Assembly: GCF_964204645.1 (NCBI RefSeq)
Contig: NW_027437478.1
Location: forward strand, 1 to 55,000
DNA length: 55,000 bases
Origin: Tubulanus polymorphus
Lineage: Eukaryota > Animalia > Nemertea
Direction: 5' to 3'
Positions 13,301-28,300 of the stretch are shown here, in pieces. The notes under the pieces were generated by a model. The model saw nothing but the letters and a program-made list of their open reading frames with translations. It was not told the origin of the DNA and made no database searches. Made by a program: the position numbers and the translations under genes. Numbering within the stretch: the first letter of the stretch is position 1; each line of letters starts with the position of its first letter.

Positions 13301-16300
13301 ATACCCCGCACTGCGGTGTAGACGCACTGAAAGGTTTCATCAAGTTTGGTTATATAAATATAGTTTATTTTCAAGAGAAGTTGGTTGGCGAGTAAAAGTA
13401 ATCGAAAAAAGAATCTCGCGGGTCGAAATTCAGTGAACCTCTTTAATACCCATTATGCTTGCGTCACTAAATAAGGTCTACAGAAAACAGTTCCAGTTTA
13501 CTTATAAGTTTTCCATCTTCTTTTGATGTCAAATAGGAATTGCTTTACGCAATACTGACGGATTACTGTCATATGTCAATTCAACGCGCGGGTCAAGTTG
13601 AAAGTTCCGCCGAAGACATTGAGAGCGTTAGCAGGTTTTTACTGGAAGTGGTCGGTAGGTTATTTCTAAGATTGTACACTATAAACTATACTGAACATTA
13701 TTCCTTTCCGATTGTATTCAACTCAAACGTAAAACTCATATCAATTTACTACTGGCTTCAAGCGACCAGACCCTATTAACCAAATGATCATCATTTCTGA
13801 TACGACGACAAAAATTAATGCTTGATTCAAATTTGAACTGCGAGTGTGGAAGCAGCTCTTGGGCCACGGGTCTGCGATCGAATTCAAGTTCTTAATTGGC
13901 TTTTGTTTCTTTTCTCTGATCTAAGGTTTCGAAGATTTATCTTAGTATAATGGGTCTATTCAATTTAGGAAATGCGGCTATTGGTGCTGGAGAGGTCAGC
14001 AAAAATGCGCAAAAAGAAATTGCCATGTATGAATCGATGTTGAATCCGAATAGTAAACAACAAAATACTCCTCCAACAAGAACTTTGTCTCGGGCTGAAT
14101 TACAGAAAGAAATGCTAAAACTGGATGATGTTGTAAATACGGTATGTAATTAACTGTTTTAACGGCTGAGTCAAAAGTATTCATTGACACTGTTGAACGC
14201 CGTCGATAAGCCTTCCAACGCGGTCGTTCAAAGATTCATTTCTTACGATGATGGTAAAGCGCGAAAGTCCAACGCATCTAAAAAAACGCATGTAATTTCT
14301 GCGAAGGTTTAAATGTGAGATAAAGCCACACGTTTTGACTATCCAGTACATATAGCCTCAAAAGGCTATAATGCAAATTCGGTTACAAGACAATAGGATA
14401 TACATGTACGTATGGCCAACATTTTGCTAGGGGTTAGAAGACAATATGAGGTTTATACACAAATGACAAAAAATCAATCGTTTGTTCAACTAATATTTTG
14501 CATGACGCGACTTTCCAATAGACATGTTTATGTTGTTATGATCGTTTTAGGCTAAACAGTATATTCTGGATTTGGACACATTAGTTAAATCTTGTATGGT
14601 TATGATTGTGATGCAACGAAAAGTTCCCGGCGACGAGCCAAGCGTTATGACAACAGCATCAATGAGTATGAGTCTGGAAAAGAGGTTTTCTGGAGAGCTA
14701 TCCAAAAGTACGTAATATCAAAATGTTCGATTTATTACTATTTGAATCGACTAATTGAGTTTCTTTTTGCAATTTAGAACCTATCACGCCTGGCAGGAAA
14801 AACTCGAAGGATAAAATAGATTTGCCTAACCCTTCGTTGATAGTCGGAGAAGGGAATGACACGACTTACTTTGTAGAGTCAAAGGTTCGTATTAGTGGAA
14901 CATCAAAAGCTCTAAGTATACAATTTCTCCTATATTTTGTCGGATATCAAAAATGTATGTTAACACGTTTTCGTGTTCTTCGTATTTAAGTGTCTTTCAA
15001 TCAGTTCAAACATTTATACGTTTTCGAACAACACCGGTAACAACGCGGCAACCAAACCCAAGGAAGTGACGTCAGGACTACTGTCGTTAGATATGAGAAA
15101 TGAAACCGGTGACCCGATGATCGTTGGCGGTCTGCCAGACCCGATCGTACTAGTTATCGAAAGGAAACGAAACGGCGTAAATATCGTAGCAAAGAAACTG
15201 TTGATAATGTTAATTAGTAATATCAGATATTGCACTTTATCATGTTTTTTTTTTAAAATGTACTTAGATTCCAGATATAAGTGTTGTAGAATCGACGAAG
15301 CCTAATGAGGAAATGCTGATCCATACTATAACGGTACCACTTGACGCAACGCTCGGCATTGAAGTTGTATTAAGTGAAAACGCCACGGACCTCGTCAACG
15401 GCACAACAGAATCGACTACCAACAACAACACGCAGCAAGCCCCAACTACAAAGTTGTCTTCAATTTCAAATAGCACGACTTCAAATACGGTTACATCCTC
15501 GAGTTCCAGCGTTACTTCTCCGAGCGCTGCAACTTCCAGTAGTACTCCCCGAACTACTTTACCAAATTACAAGATTTTTAAGACTCCAGACCAGACATTG
15601 GACACTACTTCATTCAATGTAACTGATGTAACCAATGTTACCACTTTCGGCGCAACAACTGCCGGTATTACCAATACCAAAACTATTGTCACTGGGACAT
15701 CTGCAACTGTGACTTCACTGACAAATTCAACTCCGTCGATAAATCCAAAAATTAATGTTACTACAACAGCCCCGATGAAAGGTACTCACACTCCTTTTTA
15801 TTGTCATCATCTACACAATCTACGAACGGTCGGAGTTAACTTGATTTGTAATTACGGTTGTTATCAGCGAAAGTTTTTTTAAAGCGTTGATTTGAATTCA
15901 TGGATGAAAGATTATGATATCGAAGAACATGAACTTTGTCAATGGTGCAACCGATATCATTAGACTTAAACATTTCAGGTCACGTAGTAAGCGTGTGAAT
16001 ACACATTTCTGAATTGTTTCTCAATTTTGTTAAAGATCCTCCTGGTGGTTTTGTTCTTTCGGAGAATATAACGAGATTCGTCGTTTTCGTCAAAGTCGGT
16101 TCACGTCCAACTGTTTCTAAACATGATTTCAACTGCACGCTGCCCTTTCATGCTGAAACTGATGTGAATGGCTCTACAGCAGCAGAAAGGGATCTGAATA
16201 CATGCTTGTTCCACAACATTCTAAATGGGTAAACGATGTATTGACACCAAGTATTGATTGTTCTGCATAAGCTTAACAGTTTTAATCCAAAATATTTCAA

Positions 16301-19300
16301 GTCATTCTTTGCGCGAGTAAGTTTTCGATTTAATCAGATATTTTAACCTGCATATCATACTGAACGACTTTTTTCTTGCAGAACCGATAAACCAGTTTAT
16401 GTTGGCATCAAGGCTTTGAATGGAACTATAGGTTAGATGCCCGATTCTATGACGCAAGCATGCATTTCTTGAAAATTTATTCCGAATTCTTCAAGATACC
16501 GTCTACGATTCGTTTGCAGATCCTGCCAATGCAACTGTCGATGATTACAAGGAGGCTATGTACAATGCATCATTTTTCACTGCTGATTGCTTGTACTGGA
16601 ATACAAAGACCGAAGAATGGTCGAATGCTGGCTGCACGGTAAAATATCCTCTTGGAAACCCCTCTTACTTCATCTGACGTGGAATACGATTTTTGAGGAA
16701 GCTCCCCGAAGTCAAAATTCATTCTGGATCCTAGTCATAATCAATATCTAGTTTTGACTGGCCGCCCTCCTTTGTTCTGAGTAAAATCCACTTGAAGTAT
16801 TCTTTCGTTCTTGACTCGAGGCGCTGGCCACCAGTCAAATTTAATAACCCTCCCATTTACCGCCGCCCCCACCTACCGCCAATGTATATCTCAATACAAA
16901 TACATAGTAAAACACCCCGATATACCGCCATTCACTCTCCATATAGTCAAAATCGTTCTGAACCGATGTGGCCGGTATACCGGGGGTTGGCTGTAGTTTG
17001 AAATCTCTGGCGCTAATCGTATCTATGTTCTACCACAGGTTGGTGACCTAACTACTAGTGATAGCACGCAGTGTAAATGCACACATTTGACGACGTTCGG
17101 GTCGTCTTTTACGATTCCTCTACCGAAAATAGATTTTAGCGGCGGATTTCTCAATCCTAACGACAATCCAGTGGTGTTCGGTACGATGGTGTCTCTACTA
17201 TGTTTATACTTAATTCTACTGATCTGGGCTGTTAAAGCCGACAGAAAAGATCTCGTAAGGGTAAGGTTTCAGAAATTCACAATAACAAGATATGTTCTGG
17301 ACCGATAGTTGCACAGTCAAAACCCTAAAAATGTCTGTCAAAATCTCTAAAAATGTTATTTGAGTATTTGAGACAACATGGCCTTGATGGTCGTATCTAA
17401 CCCTTCACTGTGTTACTGACGCATAGTTTTACATTTGTAGTTGATGTTGTGTAAAAATGCTTTTTAACGAATTATCAATGGATAGTATTAACATCATTAT
17501 ACCTATTTTTCGATAGGCTGGTTCCACGCCGCTGCCGGATAACGATCCCCGAGATAAATACATTTATGAAATACTCGTAACTACAGGAGAAGCGAAAGAA
17601 GCCGGTATTGTGAACGAAATCCAACTCGTATTCCCTTTGAAAGTTCCTTAGATCTATCACCTGACTTACGTACGTGTTTCCTGCGGTACCTCATGTGTTT
17701 ACATTTTCAGGTACGACAGCTCAAGTATCGTTTGTATTGACCGGTGAAGATGGTGATACGGGTCCCAGAGTTTTAATGGATGAGAAAAGGAAGGTTCTTC
17801 AAAAAGGCGATGTTAATTCGTTCATTATGGTAGTGCCGAAACCGCTGGGAAACTTAGCGCACTTACGGTAATACGTTCTAATACATTAAATCATTTCTAA
17901 ATGAAATTCTATCAACATCTGAATTAGGAGAACTAAGCGTTTCTTACTGTCAAGTGTAGATCTTCGATACCATACTGTCTTATTCAGTTTCTCCTAATGA
18001 TAGAAAGTTAATTTTGAAATGTATCATTCAGTATTTGGCACGATAATGGTGGCAAGAATCCGTCTTGGTTTTTCAACCAGATGCAAGTAACCGATATTCA
18101 AACTCTGGATAGATATCTGTTCATTTGTGACAAATGGTTGGCCGTAGAACAAGAAGACGGTTTGGTGAGTGTCATTCCAATTCCTTCTTCTCCACTGGGA
18201 CCTTACGTGTTGTTTTGCCTAAGCATTGTAAATACTGATACATGTATAACCAAAATATGTTCTTAGCTGCAACAGTTCTCATCAAATAAGCACTGATAAG
18301 CAAGAAATGATCCGAAATATACGTAGATTGCTTTTTGAAACGTGAGCAGTACGGATGGAATTAGCAATGGGCCAGACCTTGCAAGTTATGGTTAATATAA
18401 ACGTTTTTAATTAATTATTTACTACCTACGTAATAACGTTTAAAACTAGTAGGCCTTAATGGACCCTTAGCATTAATGAAGCAATCGTCCACTCGAGATA
18501 TGTCGATGCGTTTTTTCAGATCGACAGAATAATTCCCCTAGCGGGAGACATCGAGATGAAAGCCTTCAACTATCTATTCTGGTCGAAAACTCGCAAAGAC
18601 CTCTCCGACGGGCATATTTGGTTATCGGTTTTCAAAAGACCTCCGAAAAGCAACTTCACCCGCGTTCAGAGATTGACGTGTTGTTTAACCCTCGTCTACG
18701 TGTCGATGATGGCCAGTTTGACCTTCTACAAGGCGATGGCGATGCGGCAAAACGTCACGCAAATTGTCATCGGGCCGATCAAGTTTACGCTCGAGCAACT
18801 GGTCGTTTCTATCCTGGCGTCGTTGATAATCGTACCGGTGAATGTGTTTATCGTGCTGCTGTTCAGGATGTCCGGTCCCTGGCCACCGAACGCCTGTGGC
18901 AAATGTTGTCGCAACAAACGCGTGTGCGACTCGAAATACAGCGAAATGAAGTCGGACCAGGCTTCGGAGGCGATGGAAATAGAGTTGCAAAACGAAAAAG
19001 AGTATCTAGATACAGGCACGTAAATACCTAAATCAAGCCCGTTTTGACTGGAATTTAGCTACTTATCTTACTAATCATTTGTACTTATTTACGGTTCAGG
19101 CGAGAGAAAATCCGCGACACCATCGCGACGACCTTGGAAAGATTCCCAAACCAGTCAGAAAATCAGCTACACGGACGCATCGGGCTACGGGAAAATACCA
19201 GAATCACCGAAAAAAGACGACCAGAAAAAGAAGAAGAAGAAAGTGGTTTTGCCGTGGTGGTGTGTGATTGTCGGCCATACGCTTGCATTTATTGCCGTGG

Positions 19301-22300
19301 CAGTGAGCTTCTATTTCGCGAACATGTTCTCCAAAGACCTCGGGTTATCAGGCTCTAAGGAGTGGATTGCATCATTTGGAGTTTCTCTCATCCAGTCGAT
19401 CATGCTTCAACAACCGATTAAGGTACCGTAGTACATTCACCATAGTATATTCTCACGTGGGTTCGAACTTTTTGCATTTTTTTTTACTTTTGTGATGAAG
19501 TGTTATCACATCTCTATGCATTGATTGCCATTATTATGTTTACATTAATTGTATGTAATTTATTATGCTTAGATAAATAAAGATTAATATATTTCTTTTT
19601 TTTCGTTTTTTCATTCAGTAGATGAATGATCGTTTCATTGTCATTTCACTTCCCTTGACATTTTTCAGGTTTTGTTTTTGGCCCTTCTTTACGCCCTGAT
19701 CATCAAGAAACCCGACCTTGAGGAACCGGACGAGAGCGAGTACGACAACAGCCTCAAGGACAACGAGGAGTGGTTGCACGATCCTTACTGCAACTCGCCT
19801 GATATTAAAGAAAAAATCGCTCGATATAAAGCCATACCACTGCCACCGGACGAGGAAGAACTTAAAGCTGCCAGGGATAAGAGGTACGTACGAATGAATA
19901 CAATTTAGGCAATAGAGATAAATCAAAACAAATCAAGTCAGATGACAGCCTCGATAAACTGAAGACATATATACATGGTGAGGAACTAAAAGCTACCTGG
20001 AATAAGAGGGAATAGACTGTAGGCCATTCCAATCATGGAATCAAGAATCCATGTTCCAATAAAGATGACAAAGGCAGAGATAAATGGTATTCACACTTAG
20101 GACCAAATGCTTTTTAGTCGGAATCGTAGTAACAGTTCATTTGTTGTTTGGTTTAAACGCTAAGCAGCCAGTTAAAACGCGGTTCCTCAGCCGTAAGCGA
20201 AATTTAACTCATGGTTAGAATGACATACATAAATATTTCAGTTCTTTTCCCCGATCCTACCCGCAAAACTGCAACCTTGTTCTTTGTCGTGTTAACATGG
20301 TCAATTCTCATCTCTTTTAGGCTTAAGGAAATCGAAATGGTGAACATTATCTGGGAGATCATATTCTACACGATATATGTTGGAATTCTGATGGTTTTGT
20401 CTTATGAAAATCGAGATACGAGATCTCACTATTTCTATAAAGACATAGAGAACATCTTCTACAACGATAGATACACCAGAAACAACACCGTTGGAACTTA
20501 TGCCTTATCCGCCGTGAGTTTTTTTATGGTTGTGAGCAATTGGATCGTTTTTAATACCCTCTAATAAACCCTTAAACTAATGAGATGCCTCTTTGTAAAA
20601 AGATCCAGATTCCGAAATTCGAAGATATGATAAACTTGGAACTTATCAAACTTGCATACGGATTTGTGAATAGCTAACTTCCGCAACAAATTCTAAATAT
20701 ATTTAATTGGAATTCATTTAATCACAGATATAATACCAGAGCTCGAAACCACCCCAGAATCTAGGCCCGCGAAACTAGCATTTTCAATAAGCCGTTCCTC
20801 TGTAAAGCTCCTTCAATTTGGCAAAGCCAACCTGCACTTTAAATCCGCCCCAACTATCAGCACCCTCGTAAGTAGTAAGCTGCTTGATTGATGTACACTT
20901 TAAAATATATTTTCATTCAGAGAGACTTCTGCATGACATAAATTTATCTTCATTTTTCATCGTTTCATCCCTTTTCATTTCTTTTATTTTATTTGTTCGT
21001 TTTTATGTCGAGGTGCCTGAACATCCTTTTAAATACAGCCTTTATTGCTCTACTCGGACTCCTGTCACTTCAATGTCTGTAACCTATTTTGTTTTAAGGT
21101 ATTCATTTTCTACATATTGATGGTGACAAGTAAACTACTATACTATACTATACTCTACTATGAAATACTCAGCATTTCGGGGTATCTTATTTCTTATTTT
21201 CTTATGATACGTTTTCATCGGTCACTTTCGTTGCCTGTTTCTGCAGGTGAGGAATTTCGATCAGTTTTGGGATTACGCCGAAAAATCGCTGGTGCCTGGA
21301 ATGTTCGGGTACGATATGTTCCCGGGTGATGATTGGTACAAATATAAGAATTACATCGTTGATCGACAGGCGTTGAGAGTCTGCGTTCCACGTCTACGTC
21401 AGTTACGAACAAAACCTGGTAAGTTTTCCTGTTTTGGCTAAATCGCTATTGGTTCTAAAAGATACAACTCATATGTTCATCGGTAATCGAGAACAGTTGC
21501 TTTAATTTCGTTTCCAAATAAACTTTTTACGTACTTATACATTCATTTTAGTAGTAAATATCGTTTTAGTCGCATGTAACTCGAGATTAGATCAGTTATT
21601 TGGTGATGTGTGCCGGCCTAGCTATAGTATGTTTAGCCAAGAAGAAGGGAATTACAAAGCTGGATGGATTCCCGTTAATAAATCAGGTGAATACACGCCA
21701 TCTGGAAAATGAGTAACTAATTCAATATGCAAAAAAGATATTAATGTATGCATAGTGCGTAGTTCCAGCCTGAAAGTGAATTCCATCGCTCCTTCGAGAA
21801 ATGATGGCGGATGCCGTAACCCCCCCCCCCCCCGTATAAAATGCCCGCATTAATGATTCGAATGAAATCAATTCTCTCGACGTCAATTTTAGATTTGGAC
21901 GTTGTTTATATTTTCTTGAATTTACATGTAGAGATTTCGATATTCTAGATCCAAACGATAAACCGGATTATGGGTTCGGTTACTCGTCGGCCTGGAAACT
22001 CAAGGGTTCGCCTACGTCTGGGAAATTTGCCACGTACTCCGGTGGCGGTTACGTAGTGAATTTGGGAACGCAGCCGAAACAAGCTCTGCGCACTCTAAAA
22101 ACGATTAAAGCTGGAAACTGGTTGGATAAGAATACAAGATGTATCATCATCGAGTTTTTGCTTTACAACAACAACGTTCGCTTGTATGGTGTGGCGTTTC
22201 TCCTCGTGGAATTCCTAAATAGTGGAGGTAATCACATACATAGTGAATATATAGAGGAGCTTATAATTATTGATGCAATATGGCTGCGCCCGATCAATGG

Positions 22301-25300
22301 ACTACATTACAGTCCTGACTATAGACAGTTGTAAATCAAGGTTATCTGTCGACAAAAACTCCAATATTGTTTTCCTATCAAATTCAAGATTCATTGATTG
22401 CATTTTTATATAAGTATATTTTATTTCATATTTGAAAGATATCGAATTTTGTCTATGTGTATGAGCCCGTAGTAGCCACCATTATATATCACGAAGCCCG
22501 TTGAAAACGTGTTGAGATGAACAAATATCGAAAAAAACCAATTGTATTCCCAATTAAAAAATCCATATCACGATTGATGCATTTGTTTAAGTCAGAATCG
22601 TGCTCTCAATTCAGGGGCGTTTACAAAGTATAAAGTGACAGTAATGCGCCTGGAGAAAGGAATGACACCGACGAACTCAGTGATGTTCTTTTTCCAATTC
22701 ATTTTTCTCGGGTTCTTGATCTACTTCGCGGTGCGCGCTTCGAAGAGACTGCGGAAAATCGGTCGACGTCAATATTTTAATGTAAGTATAAAATGTGTGA
22801 ACATATGAAGATTAGAACGGAGACGTAATTTTTTTGCATCGGATGCAATGTTAATTTTGGCCCGAATTCTGAGTCCTTTAGCTTCCTACTGGTTTGCCAT
22901 TTCTCATTACAATTTGTGATGGGTATTCTTTGGAAAGGGATGTTTTATACCTGAGACAGGTATTTTTCATCAGCCAATTATGACGCAATTGGCGGCCATC
23001 TTGGTGTCACCAGTACTCATTCGTAAGTTGGAAAAAGTTTTTCCACATTATATTGATACCTAAGCGTATTTTGCTACCACAATCAATTAGAAAGTTGTAG
23101 CTCATAACGTGTTCTATGATTGTGGTGAGTTTCAAGGTAATTGGATTTCGTATATGGCCACCAGGGGGCGTTGAATAATACAATATCTTAGCATTTCTTT
23201 ATTATATTCGTATCAATGCATATTTTGTAAACACAATCAATTGGAAAGTTGTAGCGCATGACATCATCTATGATTGTTGCGAGTTTTAAGGACATAAGTT
23301 TTTCTATATGGTCACCAGGGGGCGTTGAACAGTAGAATAACTTAGTATTTCCTTATTATATTGGTACCTAGGCATATTTTGTTACCATGATCAATTGCAA
23401 AGTTGTAGTTCGTGACATATTCTATGATTGTGGTGAGTTTCGAGGTCATTGGGTTTTGAATATGGTCACCAGGGGGCGTTGAATAGTAGAATGACTTAGT
23501 ATTTCCATATTAAATTGGTAACGAGGCATATTTTGCTATCACAATCAATTACAAAATCGTAGCTGCTGACATGTTCTATGATTTTGGTGAGTTTCAAGGT
23601 CATTGGATTCTGTATATGGTCACCAGGGGGCGTTGAATATTGGAATTGTTAGATTGTTGAGCATTTGAAACCACTTCCCAAGTGGGCATGGTGTCCCTGG
23701 GCCCGTAGTTTTCGAATAACTCACTATCTAACTATTCGTTATCTGGCTTTTGACGCCTTCAAAACGGTTACAATATTGTTTATAATGACATCCTGCGTTA
23801 TAGAAGGCGTTCTGTTTAAAGTCGATGTGCACAACGTCATCAATATTCGCGTTGCAAAATAAGAATTAAAACTGTGAATTTTGGAATTCATTTCTGTTTA
23901 GATATATTTCATGATTCTCATTTTATTTTTGATAAATTTCAATAATTAGTTTTTAGAAGATGCGGACTAAGTCATCAATACATCGGTGTTAGACTGGTTG
24001 CCAGTCAATTCAATTCATTAATCGATATATTAAAATCCGATATGACTTTCTTGATGCTTGATATTGTATGATTTATATCGTATTATTTTTTGTCGACAAT
24101 ATTAAAAGCAATATATGCGTTATTTTAAGGCGTCAATAAACGTTCAAGTTCGTTTTCTTTACAGTCATTTTGGGATGTTTACGAGTTTGCGGTGATACTC
24201 ATGGGATTTGTGGCCATATTCATGCAAATAGTGAGATTCTTCGGGGCGTACGCGATGGCTGAAATGATGGTGGACAGAACCAAATTCATAAATCTTGACT
24301 ATGTCGTTTTGTACGACGAGGTAATTTTCACAGAATACAACTAACGAAATGAGGAAATGATAAACTATGTAACGTTTGTAATAAACCATTTTACAGTTGC
24401 TAGCCGCCATTTTGTTAGGGTACTTTTGTCCCGTATTGTTGGGTCGTTTTTTTCTCTTTTTAAAAACTATCCGTGATGTGTGTTGTATCATATTTCATCT
24501 GTCCATGGATGGATTTTGACAGTTTCAGCAACATTCAAACCGCATAAATCTCTAGTTTTCAGTTATGTAAAAATCATTTTTCAAATTTGCAACAATGCGA
24601 CATGAGAGCGATATAAAAATATGCGGTCAGTTTTTTCTGTGCGCATAGAAATCAAGGGTACTGAACTTTGAAGTTCGTTATTTTCAGAAATAATTTTCTA
24701 AAAAATCCAAGCATTTCAAGAACTGTGCGCATAAATGCCCTCTTTCAGGTGAACTTTGAAATGTTAAGATATCTTGCCTAGTTTTTTTCCTATGGCACTT
24801 TACCTGCAGCGCATGTATTGTCATTCCGAGATTCGGCGCTGTTTTCTTAGCGCGTATTTCAGTATATGGGTGTTATTTTTTTCATTTTTACTACACTTGT
24901 CTCTACGGAAAATGGTTTTAATTGTTGGTACTAGTATCAGGTTTGAATATAACGGCATTAATACTGTATTCCGTTCTCCGGAGCTAGTTCGTAATGGCTG
25001 TATTGGTAGCCGCTTTTACAGCAGGCAGAGGCTTACGTACATGCACCCAAGAAAACCCAAACTATCCCTCTTTTGTTGTAAATGCAATCCACACACTTCT
25101 TGCGTTTTTGTGATGGTAGATGTCACTTTTTACTTTTAATCACCTGTGTCTGACATTAGGACTTGATACTTGATATTTCACCACCAATGCAAGGAAACGT
25201 TTTCCTATATTTTCTTCCCGAGCAAATCAATCTTGTGTGTACTTAAGTAATAGGGTTTTAGTTGTTTCAGGCCAAAGGTCGAACGGTCGAGCTCGTAAAA

Positions 25301-28300
25301 AATGAAAAAACATAAAAATAATAACAATTTCTACTTGAATTACTCGCAAAACTCATAAAAATGAACAATAATTCTCGCACACTCGAATTTATTTTTCATT
25401 TTCTACTCGCTAGAAGAAAGTGTGAGTAAAGTGTGAGTGAAATAATTCATAAATCATTGAATATTTATATGCGTTGAGTTCATTTTAATAAAAGTTTTGT
25501 TATTAAAATGAAGAAAGAAGAAGAACCCAACTTTAAAATCGAAATCAATGAAACCAATAAATCATTTTCACAGTTTTACATTAAAAATTATATTTCAGCA
25601 ACAAATTTAGTGTCCGCAAGGTATTATAAAATCGATAATATTACTATGATTAATCAAATATCATCAAATGAAACATATTTACTTACTGAACTAGTAGATA
25701 CTTTTGATAATGGCGTTAAAAATCCTAAAATATTCAATACAGTTTTAAATTTTAAAGGAACTTTAGATGAAAACATAATTAATATTCTTAAAACTCCTTT
25801 CAATGAAAGAAATGATGATATAATACTTTCAAAAGATTACAATGATTTGATTAACTTAAGAATTGAAAAAAGACAATTATATTATTTCAATTTTGATAAT
25901 AAACAAATTATCTATAATGAAAATTCATCAAATATTGCAGTTCAATGTAATTTAGATGATGAATTTAGAAAATTCAATCCTAATGAAAAAGTGCATTGTT
26001 ATTGCGGAGGTAAATATTTAAAATCACATAAATCAAAGCATTATGAAACAATTAAACATAAAAACTGGCGTAAAGAGTAACAATTCTACAATATAATTAT
26101 TGAATTGAGTTAAATGATTTAAATATCTAATAGACAGTTGAAATGATAAATATTTTGACAGTTGAAATGATAAATTGTTTAACAGTTGAAATGATAAATA
26201 TTTTGACAGTTGAAATGATAAATTGTTTGACAGTTAAAATGATAAATATTTTGACAGTTGAAATGATAAATTGTTTAACAATTGAAATGATAAATATTTT
26301 GACAGTTGAAATGATAAATTGTTTGACAGTTGAAATGATAAATATTTTGACAGTTGAAATGATAAATATTTTGACAGTTAAAATGAAAATTGTTTGACAG
26401 TTGAAATGATAAGACAGTTGAAATGATAAATATTTTGACAGTTGAAATGATAAATATTTTAACAGTTGAAATGATAAATTGTTTGACAGTTGAAATGATA
26501 AATTGTTTGATAGTTGAAATGATAAATATTTTAACAGTTGAAATGATAAATTGTTTGACAGTTGAAATGATAAATTGTTTGACAGTTGAAATGATAAATA
26601 TTTTAACAGTTGAAATGATAAATTGTTTGACAGTTAAAATGATAAATTGTTTGACAGTTGAAATGATAAGACAGTTGAAATGATAAATATTTTGACAGTT
26701 GAAATGATAAATTGTTTGACAGTTAAAATGATAAATTGTTTGACAGTTGAAATGATAAATATTTTAGCAGTTGAAATGATAAATTGTTTGACAGTTAAAA
26801 TGATAAATTGTTTGACAGTTGAAATGATAAGACAGTTGAAATGATAAATATTTTGACAGTTGAAATGATAAATTGTTTGACAGTTAAAATGATAAATTGT
26901 TTGACAGTTGAAATGATAAATATTTTAACAGTTGAAATGATAAATTGTTTGACAGTTAAAATGATAAATTGTTTGACAGTTGAAATGATAAGACAGTTGA
27001 AATGATAAATATTTTGACAGTTGAAATGATAAATTGTTTGACAGTTAAAATGATAAATTGTTTGACAGTTGAAATGATAAATTGTTTGACAGTTGAAATG
27101 ATAAATATTTTAACAGTTGAAATGATAAATTGTTTGACAGTTAAAATGATAAATTGTTTGACAGTTGAAATGATAAGACAGTTGAAATGATAAATATTTT
27201 GACAGTTGAAATGATAAATATTTTAACAGTTGAAATGATAAATATTTTGACAGTTAAAATGATAAATATTTTGACAGTTAAAATGATAAATATTTTGACA
27301 GTGAAAATGATAAATTGTTTGACAGTTAAAATGATAAATTGTTTGACAGTTGAAATATTTTAACAGTTGAAATGATAAATATTTTGATAGTTGAAATGAT
27401 AAATATTTTGACAGTTGAAATGATAAATATTTTGACAGTTGAAATGATAAATATTTTGACAGTTGAAATGATAAATTGTTTGACAGTTACATAAGTTACT
27501 AGATAAAGTAACTTATTGTTTTTTTATTTAAATCTTTTTAATTTCTATTCACGCTATTGGTTAACAAGAATTGACTAGAATTCAAATAGATTTAACAAGA
27601 AATTCAATAACTTTAACTGTTAGTATCACTCTAGTATTATTTCATTGTTTCTCTTACTGAATAAGCCAACTAACTAATATCACTCTTGTATTATCCTAGT
27701 CAAGTGTAAAGAATTTATAATATCATACTTGAATGAATTAAAACATAAATTACTTCTGTTACTTCATTTTCAGAAATAAAGCATAATATGTATTCAATAC
27801 CATTAATATGTATTTAATACATGGTATTAGGGTATCTAATAGGGTATCTAATACATGGTATTAGGGTATCTAATAGGGTATCTAATACATTGATACCTCA
27901 ACCCTCATACATTTCAACTAATATATTTTATATTTTCAACCAATTTAACAGTCTTATTCTCAATTTGAATTATATAGTTTATCATCTAATTCATGAATAT
28001 ATTTATGATTTCTCAAACTCTTTTTATTTTTATATCTTTTATTACAAATTTCACAACACTTAATATTATTCAATCTATCTGAAATATAATTCATATTTTC
28101 TATTAATTCAGTGTATCTAATTTTACAGCAATCATAGAATTCTAACAACTGTTTTATACTATAAACTGAGAATGAAAATAAACCTGTAAGCATAATAATT
28201 GATTTAATATTCTGTTGATTTTTATATATTAGATGTAATAAGTTTAATATATTTTCACTCATTTTTATAGTCAAAATATATGAAATTAAAAGACGCTGTT

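Noticed and set aside
2981-19031. Antisense and alternative-frame ORFs overlapping PKD1L exons (e.g. 2981-3295, 5411-6110, 18618-19031)
   Set aside because: Shadow ORFs of GC-richer coding exons with no independent motifs.
25610-25690. GIY-YIG nuclease motif in ORF190 (RYYKIDN...)
   Set aside because: Only a faint resemblance to the first motif; no YIG or recognisable catalytic Arg/Glu pattern, so not called.
27821-28063. 80-aa + strand ORF in the element core
   Set aside because: Starts within the 34-bp tandem duplication and overlaps the better-supported Zn-finger ORF antisense.
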